64,000 nt of DNA from Basidiobolus meristosporus CBS 931.73 (Eukaryota > Fungi > Basidiobolomycota). Position 1 is the stretch's first letter, and each line of letters begins with the position of its first letter. Positions 36,401 through 49,400 of the stretch are shown piece after piece. Made by a program: the position numbers and the translations under genes. The DNA lies in contig MCFE01000160.1 of assembly GCA_002104905.1 (NCBI GenBank), positions 1 to 64,000 of the forward strand, in the 5' to 3' direction. The notes beneath the pieces were generated by a model. It had not been told where the DNA came from, did not search any database, and saw nothing but the letters and a program-made list of their open reading frames with translations.

Positions 36401-37191
36401 TCAGAAGATCTGCAACTGGATACACCTTTCTCTACTGCAAAGGAGCAATTTCCTGGAATTCAAGAAAGCAACCAACTGTAGCACTTTCTACCACAGAGGC
36501 AGAGTATATGGCAGCCTGTCAAGCTACAAAATAAGCAATGTGGTTAAGAAAGCTTTTTACAGATTTAGACCTATGTCAAAAAATGCCTATTAATTTATTT
36601 CAAGATAATCAAGGATGTACACAGTTAGGTAGAAATCCAACTTTTCTTGCTAGAACTAAGCACATAGATATTAGACATCATTTCATACGTAAAGCTATAG
36701 GGAATAACTTAGTTAGCTTGGTTTACTGTCCTTCAGATGAAATGATTGCAGACACATTCACCAAACCATTAGCTAGAGACAAGTTTAAAAATCTTAGGTC
36801 ATAATTAGGACTAGTCAGTATGAGCATTTAGCTGAGTGGGAGTGTTGTAAAAATTTGTAGTTCCACCTAAATATTCACCTAACTTAGTCCCTTGGATCAT
36901 TACCTTCAAATCCTAGAGAATACTGACCAAACTCCTTATTGGGAATGACTTAGAATATTTTCACCAAAATACCAGTTACCCAGAACATGAAAATCCTCAA
37001 GGTTGTCCAAACAGCCCCAAACCTTGCACACATGCTCTTAGGACCTTCCTTAACCTATTCTAGGTGTTTGTTATACCAAGCCCATGTAAAAGTATAAATA
37101 CTACTTTTACATTCAATAAATCATTAAGTGAAAGCCACATAATCTACTTGTCCTCCCATTCACTTCCAATATCTCCAAGACTCTTACAACA
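33441..37191 (+). mobile_element. Copia element 2, 5'-truncated within gag; 3' LTR 36843-37191
   Basis: Starts at gag YGRLLDEEL; carries PR, IN (IHSDLCGP, PQQNGVAE), RT and RH with frameshifts; PPT AGCTGAGTGGGAG. Confidence 0.9.
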
Positions 37192-39690
37192 ATAGTAACC
37201 ATCCTGAATAGCCTGACAGACAGGTTTCAGGGCTTTGTATCAGCCCCAGAGTCCAGAACTGAAGATTTGACTTTATAATACATATATGGAAGGCTCTGGG
37301 ATGAAGAATTAAGAAAATCAAGTGCCAATAAGATGGAAGAACATGCTTTAATAAGCAATGACAACCAACAATGGAGGTACTCAAGACCTTACAACGGCAA
37401 TAGCAGCCTGTTTTGCAACTACTGCAAATGGAAAGAACAAATATCCAACCAATTTCTCAAGAGGAGAGATAATCAGCAAAATAAGCATGCATATGGAAAT
37501 GCTGCAACCACTGAAGATAGAATACTTATATATACACTAAATATGACCACAAACAAGGATTCTCAGATGTGTTATATTGACTCTGGAGCATCTCAACACT
37601 TTAGGCACCAAAAAGAAATATTTACCCAATATCAAGAAATTCCAATTATGAAGGTTTTCATGGGTGACAATAGAACAATTGATGCAGTGGGAGAAGGAAC
37701 TATCCAAATAAACCTTAGCAGCAGTGAAGGAAGCCATACTCTGATCTCTAAAGAGGTACTCTATGTACCAGAAATAGCCAAGAACCTACTTTCTGTAAGC
37801 CAGGCCACTGCAGAAGGACTCAGTTTCAGCTTTGACCATTCTGGATGCAAGATCACGGATCAAAATGGTACCTATATTGCTTTGGGTATTAGAGATCAGA
37901 ATTTGTACAAGTTGACTTACATTCCATCATATCTGGAAGCCAATATAAGTAACTTAAGTGAAGAAATACCAATGCTTTGGCGCAGGAGATTTGGGCATAT
38001 CAATTTTGATTATTTGTGCAAAATTATCAATGATCAGCTAATTTCTGGAGTGAAAATTGATCCCCCAGGTAATTTGGATCACTGTGAAGCCTGCATATAA
38101 GAGGAACAAGCTAGACAACCATTCAAGAGCTCTGGGCTAATCAAAAGTGAGAACAAATTAGATCTAATTCACTCAGATCTGTGTGGACCTATGCAAAATT
38201 TATCCTTGGGTGGGATGACGTATTTAATCACTTTTATTGATGATTATACAAGATACACATGGGTCTACTTCATGGAGAGGAAGGAAGAAGCTCTGTTAAA
38301 GTTCAGGGAATTTAAAGCCATGGTGGGGAGAGAAACTGGTGAAAAAATTAAGAAAACACGTTCTGATAATGGTGGAGAATTTACCTCTATACTCTTCTTC
38401 CACTTGTGCAAAATTCATGGGATAAAGCAAGACACTACTGTACCATACTCCCCACAGCAAAATGGAGTAGCAGAATGGGCTAACAGATCAATAACTGATA
38501 TGGCAAGATCTATGATCCATGATCAAAAATTACCCTATGATTTCTGGGCAGAATCAGTTGCTACTGCTGTATACCTTGAAAATAGGAGTTATAACAGAAT
38601 AATTTATGGTTCTACTCCATTTAAATGATGGTATGAATACAGACCAAGTGCAGAACTTCTAAGAATATTTGTGTGTGCAGCATATGCCAAGAAACAGCCC
38701 AGAAATCAGTCAAAATTAGAGCCAAAAGATATAAATAAAATTTTTAGGCTAATGCAATTGCAGTAAAGCATACAGATTCTACAATACAAAAGCAAAGAGA
38801 CTAATCAAGTTCAGGGATATGTTGTTTGATGAAAATGCAAAATTCTCACAAAAGATGAAATCAGATGATGACAAAAGTTTGATCTCAAGCCCACCAATAG
38901 TCAGGATTGAATCAGAGAAAACAATGAGAGCTTTTCCATTCCAGAGGACTCTACAGCCATGATTTAGCTTGAAGCAGTGCCCAGAAATATCCCTGAAGTG
39001 ATCATTCCACTATCAAATGCCCAGAGATCCTACCAGACAAGAAATAGCCCAAATTATTGTTGTGATTATTAAGTTGTCACCTAAATATTCATGGTAACTT
39101 AGTCACATAGATCCTATTTGTTAATTAGCATTCTGTTGTGACCAAATTTCTTGGCAGAATTTACTTAGACTATTTTCAACATATTATCAGGTACCCAGAT
39201 TATGATCTTTCTTAGAGCTATCAAAAAGCCCCCAAACTTTGTAGAAATACAACTTTTCATGCTAGAACCAAGCACATAGATTTTAGACATCATTTTATAC
39301 ATGAAGCTATAGAGAATAACTTAGTTAGCTTAGTTTACTGTCCCTCAGATGAAATGATTGCAGAAATAATTACTAAATCATTGGCTAGCCACAGGGTTAA
39401 ATATCTTAGGCCAAAATTAGGACTAGTCAGTATGGACATTTAGCTGAGTGGGAGTGTTGTCAAAGTTTTCAATTCCACCTAAATAGTCACCTAACTTAGT
39501 CACTTAGATCATTGCCTTCAAATCCTAGGAATACTGACCAAATTTGTTGTTGGAATTTACCTGGAATATTTTCACCAAAAAGTCAGGTACCCAGAACATG
39601 AAAACTCTCAAAGATGTCCAAATAGCCCAAAGCTTGGCACACATGTTCTTAGGACCTTTCTACACCTATTCTACATTCTTAATATGTCAA
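37192..39690 (+). mobile_element. Copia element 3, 5'-truncated in gag with RT deleted; partial LTRs at 39058-39240 and 39455-about 39690
   Basis: Starts at gag IVTILNS; PR and IN ORFs at 37333-38628; the sequence then jumps to the RNase H end and PPT. Confidence 0.85.
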
Positions 39691-39699
39691 GACTATGTA

Positions 39700-40080
39700 A
39701 GCGCATAATATTTTCAATATGGAACCTGTTGCTGAACACTTTGGGATATGAATGTCTATTGGAGCTTCTGAACCTAGTATTCCAAGCTTGCCCTAAGGCA
39801 TACATATCCTCTGCAAGTTGGTTCTTCATTGCTGTCAGCTGGGAATGGAAGCTTTTAGGACTATTGTTGCCATGGATGGCAGGATGAAAATTTATAGGGC
39901 AATAGTTGTTGTAATAGCAGAGAAGCTTAACAGGGAAGCTTCTTGAGTAGATTGGGTAGATGGTCCACAGTACTTGGCATAGATCTCCTCTAATTTTTTG
40001 AAAGAAAATCCAGTGGTAGTGATGGGATTGAAGAGAAAGACCATTCAGATGAGTAAGTTATATCAAAATTGGTACATGTG
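39700..40080 (+). repeat. Unclassified repeat, uninterrupted paralog of the interrupted minus-strand copy at about 48400-58500
   Basis: Aligns by eye with the reverse complements of 58322-58490, 49285-49400 and 48420-48478. Confidence 0.65.
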
Positions 40081-40114
40081 AAAGTAGCGCTGATATGGAT
40101 TGACTTGGCACTGT

Positions 40115-40680
40115 TGTGGGGTCACAGTAACACCCACTGACAGATGTGCTCATTCCCACATTTTCTACTACGCTATTTCCTCTACTACACTTATTTTAGT
40201 TTTATCCTATTTGTCTTACCTGATCAGTACTATCCCATAAGCCGGTTGACTATCACACCTGCTTACCTTATTGCACAGGTTATCCCTCACTTTATGTAAG
40301 ATTACTAGCTGTAAGTGCTTCTATAGTAGGCAAGTACCAATGCTAGTACCCATGATGCATGATCAACCCATGTCACCATCCCCACCATTTCCGTACCATA
40401 TATGCTATCCCTAAGTTACACAGGTTTTAGAGTACTGTTTCCTGATTGGTTGAATGTGCTGTGCCTCTTAGAACCTTCTGGCACCTACTTAGAATACTCT
40501 TTGCTCAATCTGATGTCATTAAGATTTCTATTGATCTCCAGAACCTTCTGGAGCACCATGATTAGTAATCACTCAACCAGTAAGAAAAGTATATAGGGGA
40601 GGCAATCCCTAAACAATAAATCATCATCCCTTTTATCAATATACCAACTTGTTGATTAGTGTGATCACTGCTACCTGCTG
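40115..40680 (+). mobile_element. 5' part of a second-family LTR (LTR-B family), diverged
   Basis: Homologous to 48479-49030 and 59885-60450. Confidence 0.65.
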
Positions 40681-41271
40681 CTACCTGAAATTCCAACCCC
40701 AGATCACAGGACACTCCCAGGAAACCATACTGACAGCCAACTGACTTTGTAGGCACTACTTGTGAGGAATACTCAGACTAGGTATCTTTTATTATATTTG
40801 ATTCTTTCCCAAGTTTGTTCTTGTACAGGCAAAGATACTTTTCTGTCTTTGTAACTATTGACCACAGCTGCATTCTTATCAAGTCCCTGCTGGTAGAATT
40901 AACAGTTGTTTTGACTTTGGAAGCTTTAGTACATTGTCATCTCAAAGGACACTGAACCCAGCACATACTTTTGTTAAGATGCCATCTAGGTTGGGGATTG
41001 TAGCTCAATAGTTTTCCCTTGACAAGCTTGTGGCTTTATTCCCCCTCACATTAGATTAGTGACAGAACCCAAGTATTCCTAGCAAGCTTTTGCCAGAGGT
41101 TATTGCACTCAGTGAACACCCCACACACAAAATACCTGGGAAGTGTTGGATCTATCTCTCCCTTGGACTTATACACCACCACAATGGTGTCCTGTTGGGA
41201 TCAGTACCTCCTAGTCATGGGACTTTAACTTTGTAACAGCCTTTTGACGGGATCATTACAATAACTTTTCA

Positions 41272-41916
41272 TTGGGCTTCCAATATCCCCAAGACTCTTA
41301 CAACAGGTTATGAGCCCCAAGCTGTCACTCTATGCAATGTCTACTACTGCCATTAGTGGAATTTTCCCCTCTGCTGAAAAGCTGGATGGATCTAATTACC
41401 AAGTGTGGAAGGTAAAGATTGAGATGCTGGTACAAGAAAGAGGCCTTTTGGATTTTCTCATAGAAAAGAATGCCCTCCTAAAAACATGGGAGAGGAAGCC
41501 TTAAAGTACCAGAAGAAAGAACAAAATGCCTTTAACTGTGTTTGCCCCCATGTTAAAGACAAATTGCTAATTCAATGATCAATTGCAAAAGCAGCAAAGA
41601 ATGCCTGGAAGGCATTAGAAAACAACTACCAGTCATGTTCAGCTGCTAAGAAAATGTATCCTAGACAGAAATTCTTAACTACAGCATGCTGCCAGCAGAG
41701 GAAATGAAATATTTAATTAACAGAACCACACTACTGGTAAATGAGATAGAATCTGTGGGCATACCAACGACTGATAAGGATGTGATAGTAGCCATCCTGA
41801 ATAGCCCAACAGAGAAGTTTCAGGGTCTTGTATCAGCCCTAGAGTCCAGAGCTGAAGATTGGACTTTATATTATGTATATGGAAGGCTCCTGGATGAAAA
41901 ATTAAGAAAATCAAGC
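41272..41916 (+). mobile_element. Copia fragment: LTR 3' end, PBS and gag
   Basis: CCAAGACTCTTACAACA-GGTTATGAGCCC followed by MSPKLSL..EKLDGSNYQVWK. Confidence 0.85.
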
Positions 41917-41921
41917 ACTGT

Positions 41922-42169
41922 TGTGGTGTAGAGGTAATCCTGGGAGAAGCTAGACAACTCAAGGTGTGTGAGGTGTCTGATGGGTGCAATAACCTCTTGA
42001 TCTAAGCTGCTGGAGTCTTTGTCAATATGTCACTATGGTAAAAGCTCATGCTTCTCTAGCTTATTAGGTACTCCAAGTGTCTCCAAAGTCCTCTGTGTGT
42101 CTTGTGCACTACCCTGAAAAGCTCCTTGATGGCAGGTCTGAGATACAACTGTTAAAGGCAGGTGCAGTG
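41922..42169 (-). mobile_element. 3' part of an LTR-B family LTR, inverted
   Basis: Reverse complement of 49035-49283 and 60438-60686. Confidence 0.8.
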
Positions 42170-43625
42170 TATTCCGTCATACCCTGTCTGAGGAAGATGA
42201 TGCAGTCCAACAAATATTGCAAAGCTATACAGTACCACACTCAGTATCAATCAAGTGCAAACATATCCAATATATTTGATGGCAAACATTACAAACAGCT
42301 AAGAAGCAAGGGCTACTTTGAAGGTATATATGACCATGCCTTTGCTTTAGCACCTGATGGATTCTCATTAAACAAGTACTCTACCAGCAAATCCTGCTGG
42401 CCACTGATTCTCATCAATCTGAATCTGCCACCCATCTTACGGTATCAGAGCAATAATCTGATAGTAGTCTCACTGGTATCTGGGTCTAAATCACTGTCCA
42501 ACCTGAATAGCTACCTGTATCCATTGCCGAATGAATTTTGTATGCTTTCCAGCGGGATAATGTTAAATGGCCATCATGTAAAATGCATATTATTATCTGC
42601 ATTGGAGATACCCCAGCCATCAGCAAGATAGCAGGTTTTTCCAGGTACACAGGATGGCATTGCTGTCAAATATGTGAGATCCAGGGGATCTACTCCATAA
42701 CTCACACACATTATTATTACTCAAACACCAGCACTAAGAACATCATTTTTCCACAGAGAGAACATACAGAAGTAAGCATGAAATTGCAGCAAAGTTGGCA
42801 AGCTATAAGCCATTGGCCAGAATATGGAATCAATCAAAAACCAGAGATACTTAAGATAGAGGGTATCTGTTGGAGCAAAAGCTTTCCACTGGGAGCAATG
42901 CATTTGCTTTTCAACATTATCCCTATACTGATGACCAAGTTGTACATGGGGCATTTCAAGCTAAATGAGCCCTTCAAGATACAGGAGAAATTTGAAAAAA
43001 TTGGCAAGATATTACAGAGTATCCGCTATCCTAAGTACTTCTCACAGGCTCCAATTAATATTCATACGCATATGCAACAATACAAATGCAAAGATTGGAT
43101 GCACTGGATATGTATTTATTCAAGTGGTGTTCTGAAGCCATTCCTACCAAGAGTACATTGGAAGCATTGGGAGTCCTATGTGGACATTGTAAGAATATTT
43201 GTCCAGAAGCGGATCACCAATGCCACCTGACACATCTACAGCTGTTGAGTGAGGTGTTTGTGACGGGATTTGAGCGGCTATACTACAAGCATAAAGCTGA
43301 ACGTGTAGATCTCTGCCGCCACTGTATCCATTCTCTACTCCATCTTGCACAATGTGTGGAGAATATTGGGCCTTGCTTCACCTTTTTGGAGCTTCCTATG
43401 GAGCAGATGTGTGGGGAGATAGGAAGACAAGTCAAGTTGCAGGTACTACCATATCCCAATCTCATCAAGAATATTACCTTCAAGTCTGTCATGGATGTGA
43501 TGATTTGGCACATGGAGGACAGCCAGAAAGAGTTGGAAAATGCTGAGGACAAATGTGCACATGGAGACACCTATGCCTATGGCATTAAGAATCTAAGCAG
43601 CCCCAATGTGTGGGTAATCAGTTAA
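42170..43625 (+). pseudogene. CACTA/En-Spm-type (tnp2/Transposase_21 plus DUF4218-like) transposase remnant
   Basis: NIFDGKHY, LAPDGF, SCWPLILINLNLPP..RY, LNSYLYPL, CIGDTPAISKIAGF..HCCQIC, PLGAMHLLF, YKCKDW, HSLLHLAQCVENIGP..PMEQMCG. Frameshifted. Confidence 0.8.
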
Positions 43626-45719
43626 GTAATGCAAAGTTGGGTTGGGTGCAACAAGCAACTAAATTTTATCAGGAAAACTCCACCAAGATATGCCAGATTT
43701 CTCATGGTCACAAGCCAACTTCTACACCATTCAATACGGAATTCACACAAACAAAAGCCAGAGCGCACCTATAAGGGAGACTAGAATCTAGCAGGGAGAA
43801 GGAATATATTGGCTAAATACCAAGAAGTTCTTTGCCAATATTCAGGAGGTATTAATGGCAGAAGTGGCAACAACCAAGCATATGTTTGCAAGATGTATGT
43901 GCTACCAGCAGTACAAGATATATGGCAACTTTGCAAGTATCACACTAAAAAGCCGTAAAGTTGAGATGATAGAAGTATGTCAATTGCGGCAGGTGTGTGC
44001 CTTTGTAAAGGTTAGTAAGCAGGAGGCCATAGTTTTTTTTGATTCAAACTATATGTGGAATACCCAAGGGAAGTAGTGGGTAAGCATATAAAGAAAGGTG
44101 ATTCTACAGTGGAATATATGAATTGCACAAGGGGAGGTAGAAAAAGGAAATACCATTTGGTAAATTGGTACAGTAGCATTATACAGAACCAGCAGCAGGC
44201 TGTCATACTGCCAAGAAAAAGCAATCAGAGTCTTGCTGTGCGGCCGCCAAAATACTGTCAAGTGTCTTGCCATATAAGGCAATTGGAAGTCCTGGCCAAC
44301 TGGATCCACTTATAATAGTAGTAGAGTGCTAAAAGACCGCAACAGTAACATGCAAATATTGTCACAGCACCAATAAAAAATTGTCAAGTTTAATCCCTTT
44401 ATTTGGCTGTAAAATTTGCAAAACACTGTCATGATCTTGTTACAAGATTGTCAGGAGGGTCACCAATTCCAAGCTGCTGTTATTATGATGGTCTCTGAAC
44501 GGGATCTTGACGGATGATCCAGATTGGATCCACCCGTGGGACCAAATTATTTTTCATAGAGTAAATGGAAGAATCTGAATTGAAAGCTTTGGCATGAGCT
44601 CAACATCAAGAAGCCAGCAGATGTATGTAAGAGGATATATAGCAAAACAAGTATTGAAGTCAAGTATGAGTCAAGAGTGAGGAGATTTAATGAGGAAGCC
44701 ACATGCAAACAATTCTGCATGCAGATTGCGCATTACAGGCCATATATGTCCATTTGTGCCTCATCTTTGTGAACCAGATTTTGAATAAGTATGTGCTCCA
44801 AATGACTAATGTACTACATGATATATTAGTAGAGCTAAGTGGCTTCCAAGAGCAATACACTCAGGACTCATCAAGGCAGCAGTCCAAAGTATCAGACAGA
44901 GGGCAAGTGAGTACCTTGAGGAACCAGAAGGTGAACTTTAAGAGGAATAATAAAGACTGCAAGCAACATCATCCAGATTGCACCAGCATACCTTGCTGGA
45001 TTTCTTACCATCCTTTGCAACTTCAGCACACTAACACATGTCAGTCCAAATTATGCAAACATCCTTCACAAAAGTGCTCCACATTAAGTCAATGTGGATT
45101 GGGTCAATATGTGCACTTCAGAGAAAAGCCACCAGAACTTGCCAAACTGCTCATTTAGACACAAGTCCATTGGAGTGGACCAATTCACATCATCACATGG
45201 CATCACATCAGACTAACACCTATGGCACTAATACCAATGTTAAAAGAAATATTACCAGATTCAGAAATTAACTTTTTATTGATGTCAAAGAATAAGATAA
45301 TAAGAAAAGTACAAGAGACAGGTGGTTTATCAATGTCAACATAGGTGGAGGGGCTAATATTGGTAGCTTTGCAAGTGATATTGGGAGGGGAACCTTTTGG
45401 TTGAAAATAACAAGGGTGTAGTTATGCTTGAGTAATGAAGGGATGTATTTTTTAAATTTAATGTGGGGGAAACCAACAAGTAGGGGGTTGGAGCAGTTGT
45501 TGTAGGAGAGTTATTTATTCTTATTGTTGGGATGATATTAATGAGCCTGGAAATAGTGGCTAGGTTACCAAGTTTTTGGTATTGTTGTCAAGACCGTAAA
45601 TTTTATAGAAGCCACTTACTTGCATAAGAACAACAAGTTGTTGACCATATTGGTGTTGGTAGAGAGTTAAAAAGTTAAAATACTGGTTGACAATGGATTC
45701 TTTACTCATATTCAGTATA

Positions 45720-46600
45720 TGAAGGGGTGGATGGGGGTGCAACCAATATAATTGCATGGGGATGGGAATGGGATGGACATGGATAGCTTAGTAGGATATT
45801 TTTTAAAAGATAGGGGGTAACCATATTTGAGCCTTTTTCACCTAGAACTGGCTGAGATTTGCTCAATTTCTGGTTATTGTCCATAGGGGTAACTGTAGGA
45901 TTGCAATTTTCCATTTGGAAGCATCTCAGAATGTCTCTGATGTACTTAGCCTAACTCAGCTCATTTTCTGTGTTGATATGTGCATATGACTCCAATTACA
46001 AGAAAATAGCTCAATTTTCAAAGCTCCTTTGTCTTGAACTTGCTGAAGAGATCTGTTTAAGTGCCTCCTGGTCACTTGTAGCTATTACTTGGTTGTCCAC
46101 ATAAAGAACTAGGATGCTCACACCTTTTTTGAGCTGTTTCATGTGTATACTGTGATCTGCAGTGCTACAACTGAACCCAATTTCTTCTAGATATGTGTCA
46201 ATCTTGTTACACCGTGGTCTAGGTCCCTGTGTAAGCCCATAAAGCAATTTCATAAGCCTACACACCAAATGGGGGCCTTTGATACTAGTCAAACCTTCTG
46301 GTTGCTTCATATATAGCTTCCTGCAAATCCCCACTCAGAAAGGCTGATTTGACATCCATTTTGTGTAGATTTAGACTGTGTAAAGCTACCAAAGCTAGAA
46401 CTGGCATAATGGAGTTAAACTTGGCTACCAGAGCCAATGTTGCCTTAAAAGTCTAGTATTTTGATCTGGGAATAGTGCTTAGCCACCAATCTAGCATAGT
46501 CCTTATCAATGGTACCATTTGAGGTTATCTTGATCTTGTAGACCCATCTACACTTGGTGCTTGAGTTTCATACACACAAATATTGAGATCTGTACAATCA
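45720..46600 (-). mobile_element. Old Copia RT remnant of a different subfamily
   Basis: ALVAKFNSIMPVLALVA..HKMDVKSAF, YMKQPEG, LYGL.Q, LVLYVDN. Confidence 0.75.
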
Positions 46601-48478
46601 GTAATGGATTTACAACCAACAACTCCAAGAAGTAAAGAGTTTGTATACATCAAAAGTACAATTGCTAGTTGAATCCAGAAGTAAGTAGTGTCAAAGAGAA
46701 GCAATGAGAGATGTGACTAGTATTTCTCCAAATTTCTGCTTATAGGTGGAATGCAAGTACTTCTGGTAGATTTTCCACAATATCCTGGCTGCAACAATTT
46801 CTTGTAGGCAGTGGACCAAGATTTTGTCAAGGATTTTGGCTAAAATCCTCACAATTACTTGCTGCAGAGTGACCTGACTACATGCTGGTAAATACTTACA
46901 CATCCTGCACAACATTGATCCAAAAAAAAGGGCAAAAAATGGATTTTCTCCAGCACAATGGGTGAAACACAGGGGCTGCTTAGCATGAAGATGCAGAGCT
47001 ATGTTTCACACTCTGTGGCCAGGTAGAGGCTCACTTGGCCTCTCTGGCACACTATGGCATCATTTTGCACTCATGGCTCAACGTGGCACTATCCAACAGA
47101 ACAAGTCTACTATACATGTGAGTTTTTTTGAGCATTGTTCCAAAAGAAGTGCTGCAACCTCTTATTGTGCACTTTAATATTCTAAAACTCCAGTAGAGGC
47201 ATTATGATAGTCTTTTGAGCTCTTGATATGCTTACCTGGTCTCTCAGTGGTCTGCTTTTCCCATACTGGCACTCTTTGGGCAACCTAATGCTTCTTTTCT
47301 GCTTGTTTTGAGCTCTCAGCTCATGTCATGACAGGCTCCTGAGGTAGCTGCTTACTTGTATCACTGCCAAATCCTTCACTGCTGCTTTAACTGAGTGCTT
47401 CTGGAAGAACCACACCTTTTCCTTGGTAAATGATGAGCTGGTGCAACTAAGTCTGCCTGCTTTTTTCTTATTCACACTCTTCCATCTACCTGATGTCTCT
47501 TTGATGCTTGTTTGGAGCTTTTGGCCCTGCTGGTAATGGCCTCTTGAGGAAGCCACTGGTTTTTAGCCATTGCACTCTTGTTCTTCTGCCTTTGACTGTT
47601 TCTTCTTTTCTTGAGATACTTTCTTGTCAAACCAATGCTGGCCCAAAATCTGTTTGCCCATTTGAGTCCATGCTAATGTTCAAGAAGCAATACAGCTGTA
47701 ATAATGCCATCAGAAGCTTGCAGTAAGGCTGGCAAAATGCTGTCAAGTTTTGGCCATTAACTCTAAGCTGCTGGTAATATTGAAGTCTCCTGATGGGATT
47801 TGGATAGCCAATTTGGATTGGATCCACTTGCGGGACCAAATTATTTTTCATGATGTCTCTGAGGTATCCAGTTCTGCTAGATTAATGAGAAGTGCCCAAG
47901 TATCTGTATGAAGTCTCAACATAGCCATTTGGGCCATATTTAAAGCATTTAGCAAGAAGTTAAACAGATCCAACATTTACTTTTTAGGTCTGGACTGCAA
48001 TTGTGCACTGGGGGATGGGTATTGTCTGGGTTGTATTAGTGATAAGTTGATACTTGGTATAAGTACCACAGTGACAGATTTGGGTACTTTTGGAGTAGTA
48101 AATTGGCATAAACCTGGTCTTTTATGAGATGTATATGAAAACTAGTAAAATTGTTGAGTTTTCCATTCATTATAAATGATCTGTATTGGATTACATTGAC
48201 ATGGATCAGTTCATATCAATTGCAGATCTCCTATTTGATTATAAACTTGTGAGTACATAATCAAAAAAAATCTCTGCAACATTGATGGTGGATAATATTT
48301 GGAACATATTGACAGGATTCACAGCCATTGATGGATACTTCATCTTAATGCATGGAAAATCAGATAAATTAAGCTGCTTGCACCAAGTCAGTTAATATCT
48401 ATCCACTCAAGCTTGCACCACTTTTGATATGACTTACTTATCTGAATGGTCATTTCTCTTCAATCTCATTACTGCCTC

Positions 48479-49283
48479 TGTGGTAGGGTAAACATACCTC
48501 CCACTGACAAGTTAATTCATATAGCTTTTGTGATGCACTTATCCATATTTTATCTTATTAGTATTATCCCATTCTTCTTTTGCCCAGATTATTAGTATTA
48601 TACCCATATGATGTTTACCATGATTAGTTATTAGCATTAGTTATCCCAGATGTTATTCAGCTTTGTGATCTTTATATGTATCCACATTAGGCAAGTACCT
48701 GTGTCAGTACCCATGACACATGACCTAAGTCTGTGTTACCATCCCTGCCATTTCAATACCATATATGGTATCTCTATGTTGCCCAGGCTTCAAAATGCTG
48801 ATTCCTGATTGGTTTGATGTGATGTGCCTTTTAAAACCTTTTTGGATATTCTTGGTGTGCCATTAGTTCATAGTGATCTTATCTAGAATTCCACTGATGC
48901 CTGAAATTTTCTAAAACCTTGTTGTTAGTAATCACTTGGCAATCAGGAAAAGTATTTAGGGGAAGTCAATCCCTTATCAATAAACCTTCCCTTCTATCAG
49001 TTACACTTCTCCCTTATTGATTAGCAGTTGATCACTGCACCTGCCTTCAATAGTTACATCTCAGACTTGCCATCAAGGAGCTTTTCAGAGTAGTGCACAA
49101 ATCACACAGAGGCCTTTGGAGACACTTGGAGCACCTAGGAAGCTAAAGAAGCAAGAGCTTTTACCATAGTGACATAGTGACAAAGACACCAGCAGTTTAG
49201 ACTCAGCGGTCATTGAACCCATCAGACATCTGACACACCTTGAGTTGTGTAGCTTCTCCCAGGAGTACCTCTACATCACCACA
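48479..49283 (+). mobile_element. Solo LTR, LTR-B family (about 805 bp, TGTGGT...ACCACA)
   Basis: Has a terminal inverted hexamer and interrupts the unclassified repeat. No clean TSD. Confidence 0.75.
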
Positions 49284-49400
49284 CTGCTGGATTTCATTTT
49301 GTCACATTTAAAGAGATCTACACCTAATGCTGTGGACCATCTACCCCAATCTACTCACGGAGATCCCTGGTCAAGCTTCTCTGCTGTGACAAGAACCATT

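Noticed and set aside
40109-41921. CACTG at 40109 and 41916 as CACTA transposon termini
   Set aside because: Both directly abut LTR-B ends and lack matching subterminal structure or 3-bp TSDs.
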